The translations under genes and the position numbers were made by a program. From assembly GCA_964106645.2 (NCBI GenBank), contig OZ067044.1: a stretch of 64,000 nucleotides of DNA. The stretch is one strand, 5' to 3'. This stretch comes from Podarcis pityusensis. Lineage: Eukaryota. The notes below the pieces were generated by a model. That model was not told the DNA's origin. It searched no databases and worked only from the letters and a program-made list of their open reading frames with translations. Of this stretch, positions 1 through 12,868 are shown piece by piece; position 1 is the stretch's first letter; every line of letters starts with the position of its first letter.

Positions 1-3000
1 CCTAAGGTGCCAGTCCTTGTGGTCTGTGTGTTTCTGAGACCTATGTAGGTGTGTGTGTCCCCACCTCACTTATGGGGTCCAAAGCAGGAAGCGCCCCCCC
101 CACTTTTTCGGCACTTCTCTGAAAGAAAACGACAGCCCCACATTGAAACGCACCTATATTCGGCTCCTCAAATAAGTCTCTCTGCTCTTTTGCAGGGTTT
201 TTTTGGGGGGCGGGCGGGCACCATGCTAGAGTGCCCCCATATCTGTCCCAATTGTCCCAGAGAAGTACCAACAGTCCTGTGCTTGTCTCTTTCCACACTA
301 CTGCTCCCACCTAAGTTGACAAGCTTCCTCCTTGCCGTGTTTCTGGGTATTGAGGATGTCAAGGGAATGTGAAGGGTAGGGTGGGGGCTTGCTGAAAAGT
401 GAGCTGGTACAAAAAGGAAAGGTGCTGTTTGAAAAAGGGTCTTTGTTCTATATGCTATGGGCAAGCTTGCACACACACACACACACACACAAATACATAT
501 ATGCATGCCATGACCTCTGCATGCCCCGCAGGGTCCTTTTCTGGTTACGTTGGGTGATGCGGAGCGGAGATAAAGATGTTTTCCCTGCTTTGCTGTCAAG
601 ATTCCTTTAGGGAGGAATGTCACAGATGGGTTGGAAGAGTTGGTGATACAAGACGCAAAAGAGTTCTGTCGTTTTGCCCTGGTCTTCCCTGTTAGGGCAG
701 CTGTACTGCATAAGAAGGCAGCTCTGATTTCTGTGATTATCTTTTTGGAGCACCCTGTCTTGGTGATTGCTGTTTGACACTTTAGTCGTCCTTTAGGGGG
801 CAACTGGGTGTTTGGGGAAAGGGAGACAACCCAGCAGCTGGCAGAGCTTTCCCTTTCTCTGTAGAATTGAGGAAGTGGGGCAGGGGATATCCGGAGTGTT
901 TCCCTCAAGCTTCCCAGCAAAATAGTTTCTATAAAAGGCGGATATCAAGTGACAGTTTTGTGTAACACTCTTCACTTCCTTGTTTATCTGCTTTCCTTAG
1001 CTAGGCTTGCCACTTCTTTAAGATTGTTGACGGATGATGTTGTACGGACTAAATATATATATATATCCCATGATGTCTGATAGGGAGGGACTGGGACTAA
1101 AACATCAGATTTGTTTCTTCATGGCCATTGCAAGCAGTGTTGGATTGAAGGAAAGGGAGTTTGTGCAAGGAAGCGAGAATGAGATGAGAAGTCTCGGAGC
1201 AGTAGCGTATAGCAACAGCAGGTTGCTCCTGAGCTGGAAACTTGGGTTCTGCTTTCTGAAACTTTCTGCTGACAGTGCACTTCTTAGGGGGAATCTGAGT
1301 GACGGCTGATGCAGCATTGCTGCTCAAGATTTTTTTTATAAAAATTGTGGTTCATTGAAATTACTTCATTTCGATGTGCTGTACCCAGGCCTGCGGTGAT
1401 TGACAGTTGTGCATCTAAGATGTGGATGTTGCCTGTTCACTATATGAGCAGTTGCTGCTTTGTATCAGGAAACTACTCTATTTATATCGTTGTTGTTGTT
1501 TTTTTTACAGGGCTAAAAGAAGAAATCACATGTACACCTAAGTAGATGATTGTTTGAAATAAGTGCGAAATCTCTAGAATGAGAACAGATGTAAATTGCT
1601 GTAGTCATAGGGTGACTTCTCTGCAATCAGCCCGATAGCTCATCACAGCACAGTCTTAATTGAACCTGCCAGACTTGTCAGCATGCTTACTCAATGCTAT
1701 CCCACCCTGTCTCGTTTTGCAGAACAGCAGTAAAGAATGCTGGTGAGGGCAAACCTCCACAGAGTAATGAAAAGTGAACTTCTTAGCATTTTGACATCAG
1801 GGTAGAGAATTCTTCCTCCCAGCTGCTTTCCTCAGGAGGCTTATCCAGTTTGTTGATTTGAATAAAAATGGGCACAATTAGCTCAATTAGCTGCTATATA
1901 AAATCTCAGTTTTCTGGCCTGATTCCTCCCGCTCTCGGCCCCACAATTCCCAAGGACTAGAATTATTTTGGTTTTGCTATAATTATCCTCATATGGGTGG
2001 GGCTCTTCGAAGGCTGCTCACCTTTTCTTTTTTGGGGCTGCCTTAGCTGTTTGTAAGAAGTTGTGGAGAGGCTGAGAGATGGCCCTGCTTTCTCTTTTCC
2101 CTTCCCAAACAGTTTGGACTGAACACAGCGAAGTTGAGTTCACTTGCTCTAATAACATATCACATGAGGGAGGGCATAACCTCAGAAGGGTTATTGAAAG
2201 CAAAAAGTGGAGATTCCATTGGCCTTTTTACAAACTGGGTTAAAAATTAAGCTCCGTCTGTGGTGTGTTAATGTGCTCCTGGAAAATATGTCACCAATTT
2301 CATAGCTGCCTTCCACATCTTGAAGTGTGGGTAAGAAGCAGTAACTCAGCAGATCATTCCAGATCTTATGACCTTAGTGGGTTTGTGGAGGTCACCAGCC
2401 TAAATATGTTTGTGTTCTCTATAGCAAGTGGGACAAGCATCTTTTCTCAAAACCTTGAGGTTTTATTCACATTGGCCTTTTTTTTGCATTTTTTTGCTCA
2501 TGAGATCTGGAACAAGTACACAATCTCTTGCAGTGCAATACACAGCTCTTCATATATGTCATGTTGTAAGTCCCTTTCAAATCTGAGGAGATGGTTAACT
2601 TGTTGGGAGGAAAGACAGTGTTACTGTGAGACATATTCTCAGTGGTAGTGCCTGTCTGGATACTTGTACGTGCATCACGAGTATAAGGAAGTAGTTATGT
2701 AAAAGAGTTTTCCATCCTATCCCACCTACAGCCTTCCAAGCAGCCCTGAGATTGGGATTTCCCTCATACTGAACATTATGGAGAATGTGCTGTTCCTTTA
2801 TCTTCTGTGTTGGACATCATTGAGTTGGGAGCAGGTTGCAGCAGTTACAGTTACGTTGTGTGGGAAATGGGAGTTTGGGTACAGTCTAGATCAGGGTAGG
2901 GAAACTGTTTTGTCTACATTATCAGGATCAGCCTCTTTGACCAAACCTGGCAGGTGTGCAAGGCTGCCAATGTGTGACTCGCAAGGCATCACAGTGACGT

Positions 3001-3573
3001 CTTGGGCCGAAGTACTTTGGACTCTCAGAGTTGGGACTTAAAAGCACCTTGTGGGCTGCTAAAAGGGAGGGGTTGTTCCTTCATTTTAGCAGAGAGTTGC
3101 ATAGAATCCCCTCCTAAAACAGTGATTTAAAAGAAGAAGAAAAAACCCTCCATTTTAGCTGATTTTGATGCACTTCTCTTTCTGAATGTTTGGAATCTCC
3201 TGCTAAAAATGGGAGGGTCCTGCTATTTTGGCAGGGGATCAGATGCAGGCTTTCATGGAAAACTGCCTAAATGATGTAGAGGAAGCCCATTTCCTTGAAA
3301 CAAGAAGGTGAACAGGATTGAACCCTGCTCCTCAGCTGATAAGTGTGGGTTCATTCCTGCTCAGTTTGGCTGTGCACTTCTGGGAACACGTACCCAGCCA
3401 ATGCAGGATTTAACAATTATCTAGTGCCTATTAGGTGATATCATGTGTGATGTCAGCCGATGGGTGAATGGGCATAGTTTTGGGGAAGTAGCCTGGCAGT
3501 TCAAATTGGACTCCTGGTGGGCCAGGATTGGCTTGAGGGCTGGAGGTTCCTCACTTCTGGCTTAGATTATATA

Positions 3574-3826
3574 CAGTGGTACCTCGCAAGACGAATGCCT
3601 CGCAAGACGAATGCCTCGCAAGACGAAAGAGTTTTTCGTTTTTTGAGTTGCTTCGCAAGACGAATTTCCCTATGGGCTTGCTTCGCAAGACGAAAACGTC
3701 TTGCAAGTTTGTTTCCTTTTGGATTTTCAATGCATTCCTATGGGAAACCGTGCTTCGCAAGACGAAAAATTCGCAAGACGAAAAAACTCACAGAACGAAT
3801 TAATTTCATCTTGTGAGGCACCGCTG
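3574..3826. mobile_element. Tc1/mariner (pogo/Tigger-like) MITE
   Basis: TA target duplication, TIR CAGTGGTACCTCGCAAGACGAA / TTCATCTTGTGAGGCACCGCTG, multiple internal TCGCAAGACGAA repeats. Confidence 0.88.
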
Positions 3827-6800
3827 TACATGCGTAAGTGAAACCTTTTGAAAGAGGTATCCATGTGTACAGTGTTTCTAGAACAGTGTGGTATGAGGAG
3901 GAAAGTTCAGCTTTCAAGTTGTTCTCAGGTGACATCTACATACATCACCATATTAAAACAATAGTTGTACTAGAGTAAAATACCTGTTCATATCTTAAGA
4001 ATAGATACTGCTGTGCAGTTGTGGGGAAGGGAGGGCAAATGGAGAAGAATCTGTACAGTCTCTCTCATCTGCTGTTTCTTGTATTGGTTTCCAGGAGAAG
4101 ACAGAGCATAAGCCCTCGTGAAATATAAGGTGCAGTGTTTGGCCATGTCGGTGGCCTTCTCCCCGTTGGTGGATGAAGCAGTGGCCTTAGCAACCATCTC
4201 CTCTCTGGGGAGCAGAGAGAATTCTTTCTCCCTCTCTTCCTGCCCCTCAGGTGTGGCCACTTCACTGCATGAAGTACGTTTGCACATGTTTCACAGTAAA
4301 ATAGCCCCCAGAGCACTTCAAAGTACTTCACAGAGCTGTAATTTCAGCTGCTCTGGGGAATCCTTTATTGTGGCACTTCCACGAGCAAATTCCAACTACT
4401 GGCATTTCTCGGAGCTAATTCTTGTGTGAATGAATCCTAAAATCGGCTTCTTTCAAACGAGAGTCCAAAACTTTTCCGTTTCATAAGTTCATTAGTAACA
4501 GTGAATGGGTTCCAACTGCAAATGCAGTATTAGGAAAACTTGGCAGTTTCTGTTTATTAAATGCAAGTAAAATAAACATGCCCATTTCTGGGGAAAATTG
4601 TGGAACACCAACATCACAGAGAGAATCTGAAGAAAACTTGGGGAAGGTGGTCAGTGGGACAGATGACAATAGAAGGGAAAGCGGCATTCAGTTTCTTCTA
4701 AACTGAAAAGGAGAAAGATGGGGATGTTAAGAGTGCTTTAAGTCCTAGAAATTTGCCACTTTCTGTTGCAGTGTTAAAGCAGTTCCTCCAGTTGACAGTT
4801 ACCAGGGAGTTGCTGCCAAGCGTCTTTCTCAATGCCTGCCTTCGAAATCTACCCTGTCCTGGGCACATCTCACAGTCCTGTCTTAAAAATGCAACAACTC
4901 AAGCTTTCTTCAAGAGGCAGCAATATATTAAAGCACAGTGATGTCGGTTTTCGGGGGGGGGGGGCTGAATTGAGACTTTTTTTTTTTGCATCAGGACAGG
5001 GGAAAAATTGGTTGGCATAAGAAAATACTCTCACATGCTGGGGTGTGATCTAATTTAGCACAATCAGTTTGCTTGTATTTATTAGACAAAGCAAAAAAGT
5101 ATTACATTCCTAGCTTGCCTAGTATTGTATTTGCAACTGGCATCCATTCATTTTCTGCAAATGAGCTTACAAAAATGGAATTTCTGCATAGGAAAATGAA
5201 GCCCCATAATTTTTTCTGCCCCATGCTGCTGGATTTTCTAAACTCAATTCTATATACATCAACGTTTGTAAGCAATTTAACAATAGCGACAACATTCCAA
5301 GCAGTAACCAGGTGTTTACTTTGAAACGTGAACCCTAGGAGGTATTTCTACCCGACTTAAAGTCAGTCTAAATTCTTTTTAGGGAGAATTGAAGAATGTG
5401 GGGCAGAGCTTAATGTGAACCTTCTTGAAGTTCTTCTGCAATTTTCTAGTTCTCTGTCTCTTAAGTTTATATGAATGCGATCAAAGTTGATAGGTACTTG
5501 TGGGTCAGAAATTCTTTCTGTCCCAATTTCCATCTATTCCCCCCTCCCCTGCTCACCCCCACTTGCTGCCTGAAACCTTGTGTAATATTTAACTTGGTGC
5601 TAGAATGTTTCTGGAATACTTGAGGTAAATTGGATGAGGCATTTGGGAGATAAGAGGGTTCAACAAAAGGGGTGACTTCACTTCTTGAATATTCTTCAAC
5701 TCTGCGTGAGTTCCCTAACCACTTGGCTCACAACTTTTCTAATATTTTGCTTTTAGTGGGAGTTAATAAATTGGGCCAGCTCTCATGTGGAAGTTGGCAA
5801 GTCTTAGTGTTAGGTACATATTTAATTGCAGCCTTTATCTCTCAAATGCTAGGATAAATTGCAGGGGCAATGCCATGTTTCCATAGATGTGGGAGGAGAG
5901 GCATGGGTTGTGCAACTTTGCAATAATTTATTCTGGGTTGCTTAGCCGCAACCTGTATCGTTTGCTGTTGTTGTTCCTCTCTTCGTTGTGTTACCATTCC
6001 CGCCAGTTACACTTCTGCTGGGGTTTTTTTTTTTTTAAAGGGATTGTTCAACGTGTTCTCTAGGGCTGAGGGCCATGGCTGCATGCTTGCACTTCATAGT
6101 ACTGCCTTGTTTAACACAAAACAGCATTTGTGATGTGCTCATTCTCCCATCTAGTTGGTCAATAGCTCTTGACAGATGGGAGAGTGAGAACTATTTGTAC
6201 AGCCTCTAAAGTGCAGCACTCTGGGAACAAAATGCAGGACTGTCTTCCTCCCAACAGTTAGTGTTAGTTCTTAAAGTTTGAAGGAGAATGAGCAAGTGTT
6301 GCATGCGATCATCCTAGCACAACCTGCTCGTGATCTGCACGTGTCTTTATCCTTACGTGAGGTTCCTGCTTGTCTCTGGTGGAAATTTTAAAATGCCAAT
6401 ACTAATTCATTTGTTTTGTACAACAGGGCACTCAACATCTTGTCTGCCATAACTCAAATACTTCACGCAGGTTGGACGATGCACATGGTTGAAAAGTTGT
6501 TTATGTAGAACTTGCACTGTGCAAAGTGCTTTAGAAAAGCCTTGCTCATCATAATCGTATGAGGTATATTTTTCAGATTTTGCAGATGACAAAATAAGAC
6601 TGTGTAGCTGAAAATCGTTTTGAGAGTTCATAAGAGCTGAGGTGGAATTTGGCCTTTTAGATCATGGGTGAGTGGTGTAGCTTCACATCATTAGCTTTGT
6701 GAAACCGTGATATATTTGTAATTGGTTTTCATCTGGGGGGGGGGCTAGTTGCTGCAAAATTTGGACATTGGGGTAAGGTGTAAAGGAAGGAATGGGTTGT

Positions 6801-7730
6801 GTTATAGGTGATGGAGCTCATACAAATTAAAAGTCATATAATTCAAAACTAGTTATACAGCAGACCCCTAATGTCTCTTTGGCTTATCTCTGTTTTCTAA
6901 GCAATTACTTCTGCATCTTCAAGCTTTCTCCTTGACCGTGAAGGCTAAACCACCTTAAAATTTTCAAGTTTGTATGTTCCTGCCAGATTTTTCATCTTGT
7001 GCTGGCATGTGGCACAACTCACAATCCACTGTAGGCTGATTCCCTTTTGGAGAAGCACAAGTTTGGCCCTAATGTTGCACACGAGCATAACTGGAAAACC
7101 TCCAAGATGTGACTTAATACCTTAGCAATACTGCATAGAAGTTTATTTACTTGGGACGTGGAGCTCTGGAACATAAGCAAAAAAGATACAGGGCTCTGTC
7201 CCAAGGAGCTTGCAATCTGATGTTTTGATAGGAATGGAGATGATAAAAGGAGGACCGGAGAGGGATGTGCAAGCGCTTCATGGAATAAATAGTTTTTGAG
7301 GGAGACATTTGAAGAAAGAGTGAAGTAGTGCCCAGAAGTTTACAACATTGGGCCTTGTTCTTTGCAATCTGTGTGCCCATATTGCAGCAGAATCTGTGGT
7401 TAATCTTGTTCCCAAGTAATGGTAATTGAGTTTACACTGAAGTGAAAGTTAGAAAGATAAAAGGAAAACAAAATATTAATGTTCAGTGACCTAGACAGCA
7501 TTTCTGTTCCATGTCCGAAATTTCCTCTGAGGCGTTTTTTTGAATCCCTAGGAGTAAGGTCTCTGGGAAACTTCATTGTGTTTTTAAAGAACGGAAGCTG
7601 AATGAAAGATGCAAGAAGGAAAGGAGTGGTTGGGTCGACAATTTTTTTAAAAAAGGGTGATATTCAGCTAAATTTTACACTGAGTGAACCCACTGAAATT
7701 AAAGTTTATGACTAAGTATGAGTCCTGATT

Positions 7731-8076
7731 CGCGGTTGGTGCTGTAGGTTAAACCACAGAGCCTAGGGCTTGCCGATCAGAAGGTTGGCGGTTCGAATTC
7801 CTGGAACGGGGTGAGTTCCCATTGCTCGGTCCCTGCTCCTGCCAACCTAGCAGTTTGAAAGCACGCAGTGCAAGCAGATAAATAGGTACCGCTCTGGTGG
7901 GAAGGTAAACGGTGTTTCTGTGAGCTGCTCTGGTTTGCCAGAAGCGGCTTCGTCATGTTGGCCACATGACCTAGAAGCTGTACGCTGGCTCCCTCAGCCA
8001 GTAAAGCAAGATGAGCGCTGCAACCCCAGAGTTGTCCGCAACTGGACCTAACGGTCAGGGGTCCCTTTACCTTTAC
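7731..8076 (+). mobile_element. Sauria SINE
   Basis: tRNA-like head with B box GGTTCGAATTC, conserved body, (ACCTTT)n tail, imperfect TSD GAGTCCTGATT/GAATCCTGATT. Confidence 0.9.
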
Positions 8077-8277
8077 GAATCCTGATTAGCTTATGAGGAA
8101 ATTCCTCAGAACACTACCTGAAGATGACTAAAGTAGAGGATAAGCGAAACTAGCACTGGGGGATAAGAACACAAAATAAAACATGCCAAAATAGAATTTA
8201 GAGTTAAGCTGAAATGCGTCTTTGCCTTTCAAAACTGTTTGTAATTTGCAAATGGCCTTTCTCTCTTTTAGCTTTTC

Positions 8278-8405
8278 CATAGAATCACAGAATTGTATAG
8301 ACCATGAGGGTCATCTAGTCCAACCCTCTGCAATGCAGGAGCCTTTTTGAACCCATGACCCCGTGATTAAGAGTCTCGTGCTGTACAGACCAAGCTATCC
8401 ATCGA
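8278..8405 (-). mobile_element. tRNA-head / CR1-tail SINE
   Basis: ATAGAATCACAGAATTG CR1-type tail and degenerate tRNA-like head. Confidence 0.65.
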
Positions 8406-9944
8406 GACCTTCCCCTTTACCTGCTACGACTTTTGCCATCTTTTCTGCTGCTTTGCTTACAAGTTTTCCTTGTGGGATTCGTGTGGCATCACCACAGAAT
8501 TGCATGGTGGAATTTTGCTGTCCCGATTCATGTGACCTTTTGAGTAGGCTGGTGGTTAGGTTTGGTGGTGTCATGTATCATGTTGTGGCACAGCATTTGG
8601 TACAGAATATTACAGAAGCCATTGTTGGCATGACAGCAAACACGGTGGCAGAGGGGAAATTTAGAAGCCATGGGAAAAAATAGTTGGCTCCCCTACCTCA
8701 ATTGTGTGTTGTTTTTTACACTAGATTGTATATAGATTGACCTGCTACACCTTCAACATAAGAGGCCCAGCACTGAGCCTCCAAGTGTTTGAGACCTAGA
8801 CTGTTCTACTACCCACCTTCTGTTTAGGATTAAAAGGCACACACATCTATTCTGCAAGCAGGAACTGTGCTATTGCTTAGCATATGAATAGGAGAACAAA
8901 TGCAAATGCTAAACATGCAATTGTTAGCTACTTACATACCTCACAGTTAAATATTAATAATAAATGTAGCTGTTTCTTAAGCTGTGTAACATAATATGCA
9001 CAAATTGAATTTTATACAGACTAGCTTTCTTTTTCTCCCCCTCCCCCCTTTGTCAACAGATCAGCTGTCTGAAAGGGAAGTGAGAAGGTTGTACAGGGCT
9101 AGTAAAGGGTGCAACAGACACACAGACAAAGACATGTGAGCAGCTCACTAGACTCAAGGATCTGAACTTGTGCTACTGGGCTGTTTTCTTTGCACATTGT
9201 TTACATTCAGGAAAGCTATTTTTGGTTTCCCCAAAACAATGCTGTTTGACCTTCCCATTTTTAAAGAGCAGAATAATTAACTTCATTAACCTCAAAATCA
9301 AAACTTTTCTACATTTTAAAACAGGTTTTTAAAAAGCAAAACAAACCCATTATTTATTTGTGTTTGCAAACGAGTCTTCCTGGAATTCCTTTTAAGGTCA
9401 TCTCTGTGGGTGTCCTTTATTAAACCTCTTAAAATATTTATTTCCCTCTCGATGTTATAAAATGATAACGTTGCTTGTATGATGACTGAGAAGGATGTTT
9501 TCCTTCCAATCGTTTGTTTACAAAGTAAAACAGATTTCACACATTTTAAGAAGGCCATAAATTCAAGGATACTTTATATTTGTATTAAGTTCGGATTTAG
9601 TTTTACAGTTCCTTTAAAACAACAACAGAAACATTGGCCATGCTTTCAATTGTGCCCAGATACACACTGGAAGGTATTAAAACAAATTTAAGACTGATTC
9701 GGTCATCTGGGGGCTGTAATCCAAAACGTCTGGAGGGCACCAGGTTGGTGAACGGCTACTCTAGAGTAACACGGTGCCTAGATTTTAAAAGGAAAAGACC
9801 AGATTTTAAACAGGAGAGCTTGATACAGCTGTCTGCAAGGAAGCCTGCTCACTGGTGGGTTCTTTGCTTGCTTTTATTGTCTAACATTTAGATAGTTGAT
9901 GGTTAGACTCCAGCATTAAGAGTAAAATAAAATGGGATGTTCTC

Positions 9945-10395
9945 CCAAGACGCCCCCATTCTAAGCAAGTTATGAACCTGCCTGCCCATTGAGATAGTTG
10001 TCTGAGGCCCTCCTATGTGTCCCATTATCCTGAGAATTGTACCCAGCTGGGACCACAGAGAGAGCTTTCCCCCTGGTTGTTTCCAGTCCTGAATTTTCTT
10101 CCTGAGGGATGCTCATCCTGTTTCCTCTCTAATGGCTTCTCATAGGATGGTCAAAGCCTTCCTTTTCCAGAAAGGGACATAAACAATTGCTCTCTTTTTG
10201 AAGTGGTTTTAATTGCTGCAGTTAAATCAACATTTTTTAAACAGGAGGGCACTTTCTATTTTTAAATTTTAGTGCTTTTATGGCTGCTTTATTATATTGA
10301 ATTGTGAAATTGTAACTGCGATTACGTTATTGTTTTAACTTAGCTGCTTTGGACTTGTTGAGGAAAGACTGGGTATAAAATGTTGCAGAAATAAA
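9945..10395 (+). mobile_element. Degenerate L2 3' end
   Basis: Decayed similarity to the 3' end of the other L2 copies in the window. Confidence 0.5.
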
Positions 10396-10407
10396 TTACG
10401 TATTTGC

Positions 10408-10552
10408 ATAGAATTGTAGATTTGGAAGGGATCCTGAGGACCATTTAGTCAAAAATCTCCTGCAAAGCAGAAATGTGCAGCTGTCCCATACGGGAATCGA
10501 ACCTGCAACCTTGGCATTATCAGCACAGCACTCTAACCAACTGAGCTATTCA
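10408..10552 (-). mobile_element. tRNA-head / CR1-tail SINE
   Basis: - strand TAGCTCAGTTGGTTAGAG...GGTTCGATTCCC head fused to a CR1-like 3' end. Confidence 0.7.
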
Positions 10553-11344
10553 TCGAGTCTTATTATTTTAAAAAAGATGTGAAACTACCTGGGGTTTGGC
10601 CTAGGGACATTTTCAACAACTGGTAGATAGGTAATGCATCTTTAGCATGTGGCCTGACAGAAGCAAGACAGTTGATGCAGTTTTACACTTTTTGATTTGC
10701 TGTATCTTGAGATGTGCACAAATATATTTGTATGGGTACTTTAAAGACAGACAACCGGCACTGAAGAATGTATTTCTGTTCTGTAGGATGCAGACTACTG
10801 GATGTTGGCTTGTCGCAAGTTGTATTAGAAGACTCCAAGATTCAAGAAAACAGCCCTAACAGTATGTTGGTAAGTTTAGAGGGTGACTTGGAGGTTTGGA
10901 GGGTCACTTCACGTGGGGTGGGGTAACAAAAAAGTTTGTCTCTAAAATTAATAGGGGTACAGTAGGAGGAAGGCGAACAGAGAACCTTCGAAATCAACTT
11001 GACAGAGTTGGAACCACTCCACTGAAAAAGTCATATAACAGTTAGTGCCAGAAATGGCCACCTCTGTCCTCGAAAGGCTGAACAATATTAAGAACATTTA
11101 AATGTATGAGCATATGACATTGCTGCATGTTGTCAAATGGTGGGTCCATATGTGTGCCAAATGGCAGTAGAATCTCTCCAGCATCTCTCTCTTTTCCAGC
11201 CTTGCTATCTGGACTTTTAATGAAGATGTCAGGATTTTAACCCAGGGCCTTTTATTCACAAAGGTTGTGTTTTACAGCTGGGTGGTGGTTGTTCCTTTTG
11301 ATAAAGAAATTGTGCTGAGAGCCCAGCTTCAGCTTTCTGTAAGA

Positions 11345-11490
11345 AGCAATTAAGGGTTAGAGTGCTTGGCTTGGACTAAGAAGACCCATGTTGAAATCCT
11401 CACCCAGTCATGCAGTACACTGGGTGACTTTGTACTGTTTCTTAGCCTTGCCTCTCTTACAAGGTGGTATTACAGACTGAGCATCACTGT
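11345..11490 (+). mobile_element. Old MIR/Squam3-like SINE fragment
   Basis: Degenerate GGTTAGAGTG...GGACTAAGAAGACCCATGTTGAAATCC...CTGGGTGACTTTG core. Confidence 0.5.
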
Positions 11491-12637
11491 GAGTCTATTA
11501 ATAACAGACTTTTAGGAGAAAAGGTATTCCTGCAAATACTCATCATAACAAGCTACTAGCATTTCTTTTTAACTCTTTCGCAAAATATAATCAATTGGGG
11601 CTAACAGAATAACAGTATATTAAAATAACTTACAATTGCCACTTCGAGTTAAAATTTGTAAGCTAGGGTTTTAGTTGCGTGGTTGCTAAAAGCAATTGTG
11701 GTCCTTTAAAAGATACAGGAAAAGCCCTGCTCACCCTTTTGAGGCCTTTGAATTTCTGTCTGCTAACTGGCAGAATAGAACCTTGATTGAGATTTTGCAT
11801 GAGTGGGATGAATGCCGGCTGTTGAAAGCCAGAAACAGATGATCATGATTTGTATCCCTACTTGGAAGTTGCTTCTTAATTGGCATGCTTGGGCATAATG
11901 ATGTTCCTAACATCTTTATCATGTAAATGGCCTCTCATGGTTGAATATGTATTGATCTCTTTGGAACGCTCACAGAAGCAGTCTTTCATGTTGAATTACC
12001 GGAACTTTGCACTTCAGCCTGAGTTATATTGATGCCTAAAGGACTGCCTCCTGGCTTGCCAGAATGTACAGTTTAAAAGGCAATAGTTCAGCTGCAGACC
12101 TGATCAATATCCGGTAACTGCAGCATAGTTGACTCACCTTCTAGGACAGTTTGAATATGAGCGTGTTTTGGCGTCATCAGAACGATTGCTGTCATCTGTC
12201 CTAGCATGCTGTTCTTCCTTCCAGCAAGCCACTGAGATGGTGCAGGGAAAGATGAGTAAGGCTCCAAAAGGCTGCTTTTTGCCATACTTGGATTAGGGTA
12301 GTACAGTGCTCCCCAATTTCTGCACAGCAACTTGGATGTCAAGGTGCCCTGCAGGATATATATATGCTCTACAGGTAACAGATTATTCCTGGCTTTATCT
12401 TGCAGACCTCTTGATTGCCAGCCACTGTGCATCTTGGTTTTTATTGCTATAATCTGCCCTAGTAGGGACTAATCTAGAGTGATAAATCTTGATAAGGGAT
12501 GTCCAGCTTCTGTAAAATCTAGGCCTATTATGTTCTTCTGCAATGTTTTGTGAGCTAGGGGGTTTAGTTTTGTTCTGCAAACATGTCTCTTTGCATGTAG
12601 TCAGGTGTCATAGTTGGCCATCACAGTTATAGAGCTC

Positions 12638-12868
12638 ATATCATAGAAATGCAGAATTGGAAGGGACCCTGAGGATCATCTAATCCAGTGGTTCTCAACC
12701 TGTGGGTCCCCAGATATTGTTGGACTACAACTCCCATCATCCCTGAGCTCTGGCCTTGCTAGCTAGGGGACCCACAGGTTGAGAAAGGCTGACTAATCCA
12801 ACCCCCTGCAATGTGGGAATATGCAGCTGTCTCATAAAGGGATTGAACCTACAACCTTGATGTTATCA
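12638..12868 (-). mobile_element. tRNA/CR1 SINE with nested hAT-type MITE (12686-12791)
   Basis: Same SINE as 10408-10552, split by CAGTGGTTCTCAACCTGTGGGTCCCC...GGGGACCCACAGGTTGAGAAAGGCTG with CTAATC duplicated. Confidence 0.75.

Noticed and set aside
168-920. 250-aa minus-strand ORF and other short ORFs in 1-33 kb
   Set aside because: Run through microsatellites or TEs, mostly non-ATG starts, no recognisable domains or exon structure.
3574-3826. CRISPR-like repeat/spacer pattern
   Set aside because: Vertebrate DNA, 12-bp repeats with irregular spacing, TIRs and TA TSD: a MITE.
10485-10552. tRNA-like sequences (also near 8350-8400, 34185-34222, 36260-36320 and SINE heads)
   Set aside because: Degenerate stems and mostly fused to LINE-type tails; SINE heads rather than tRNA genes.
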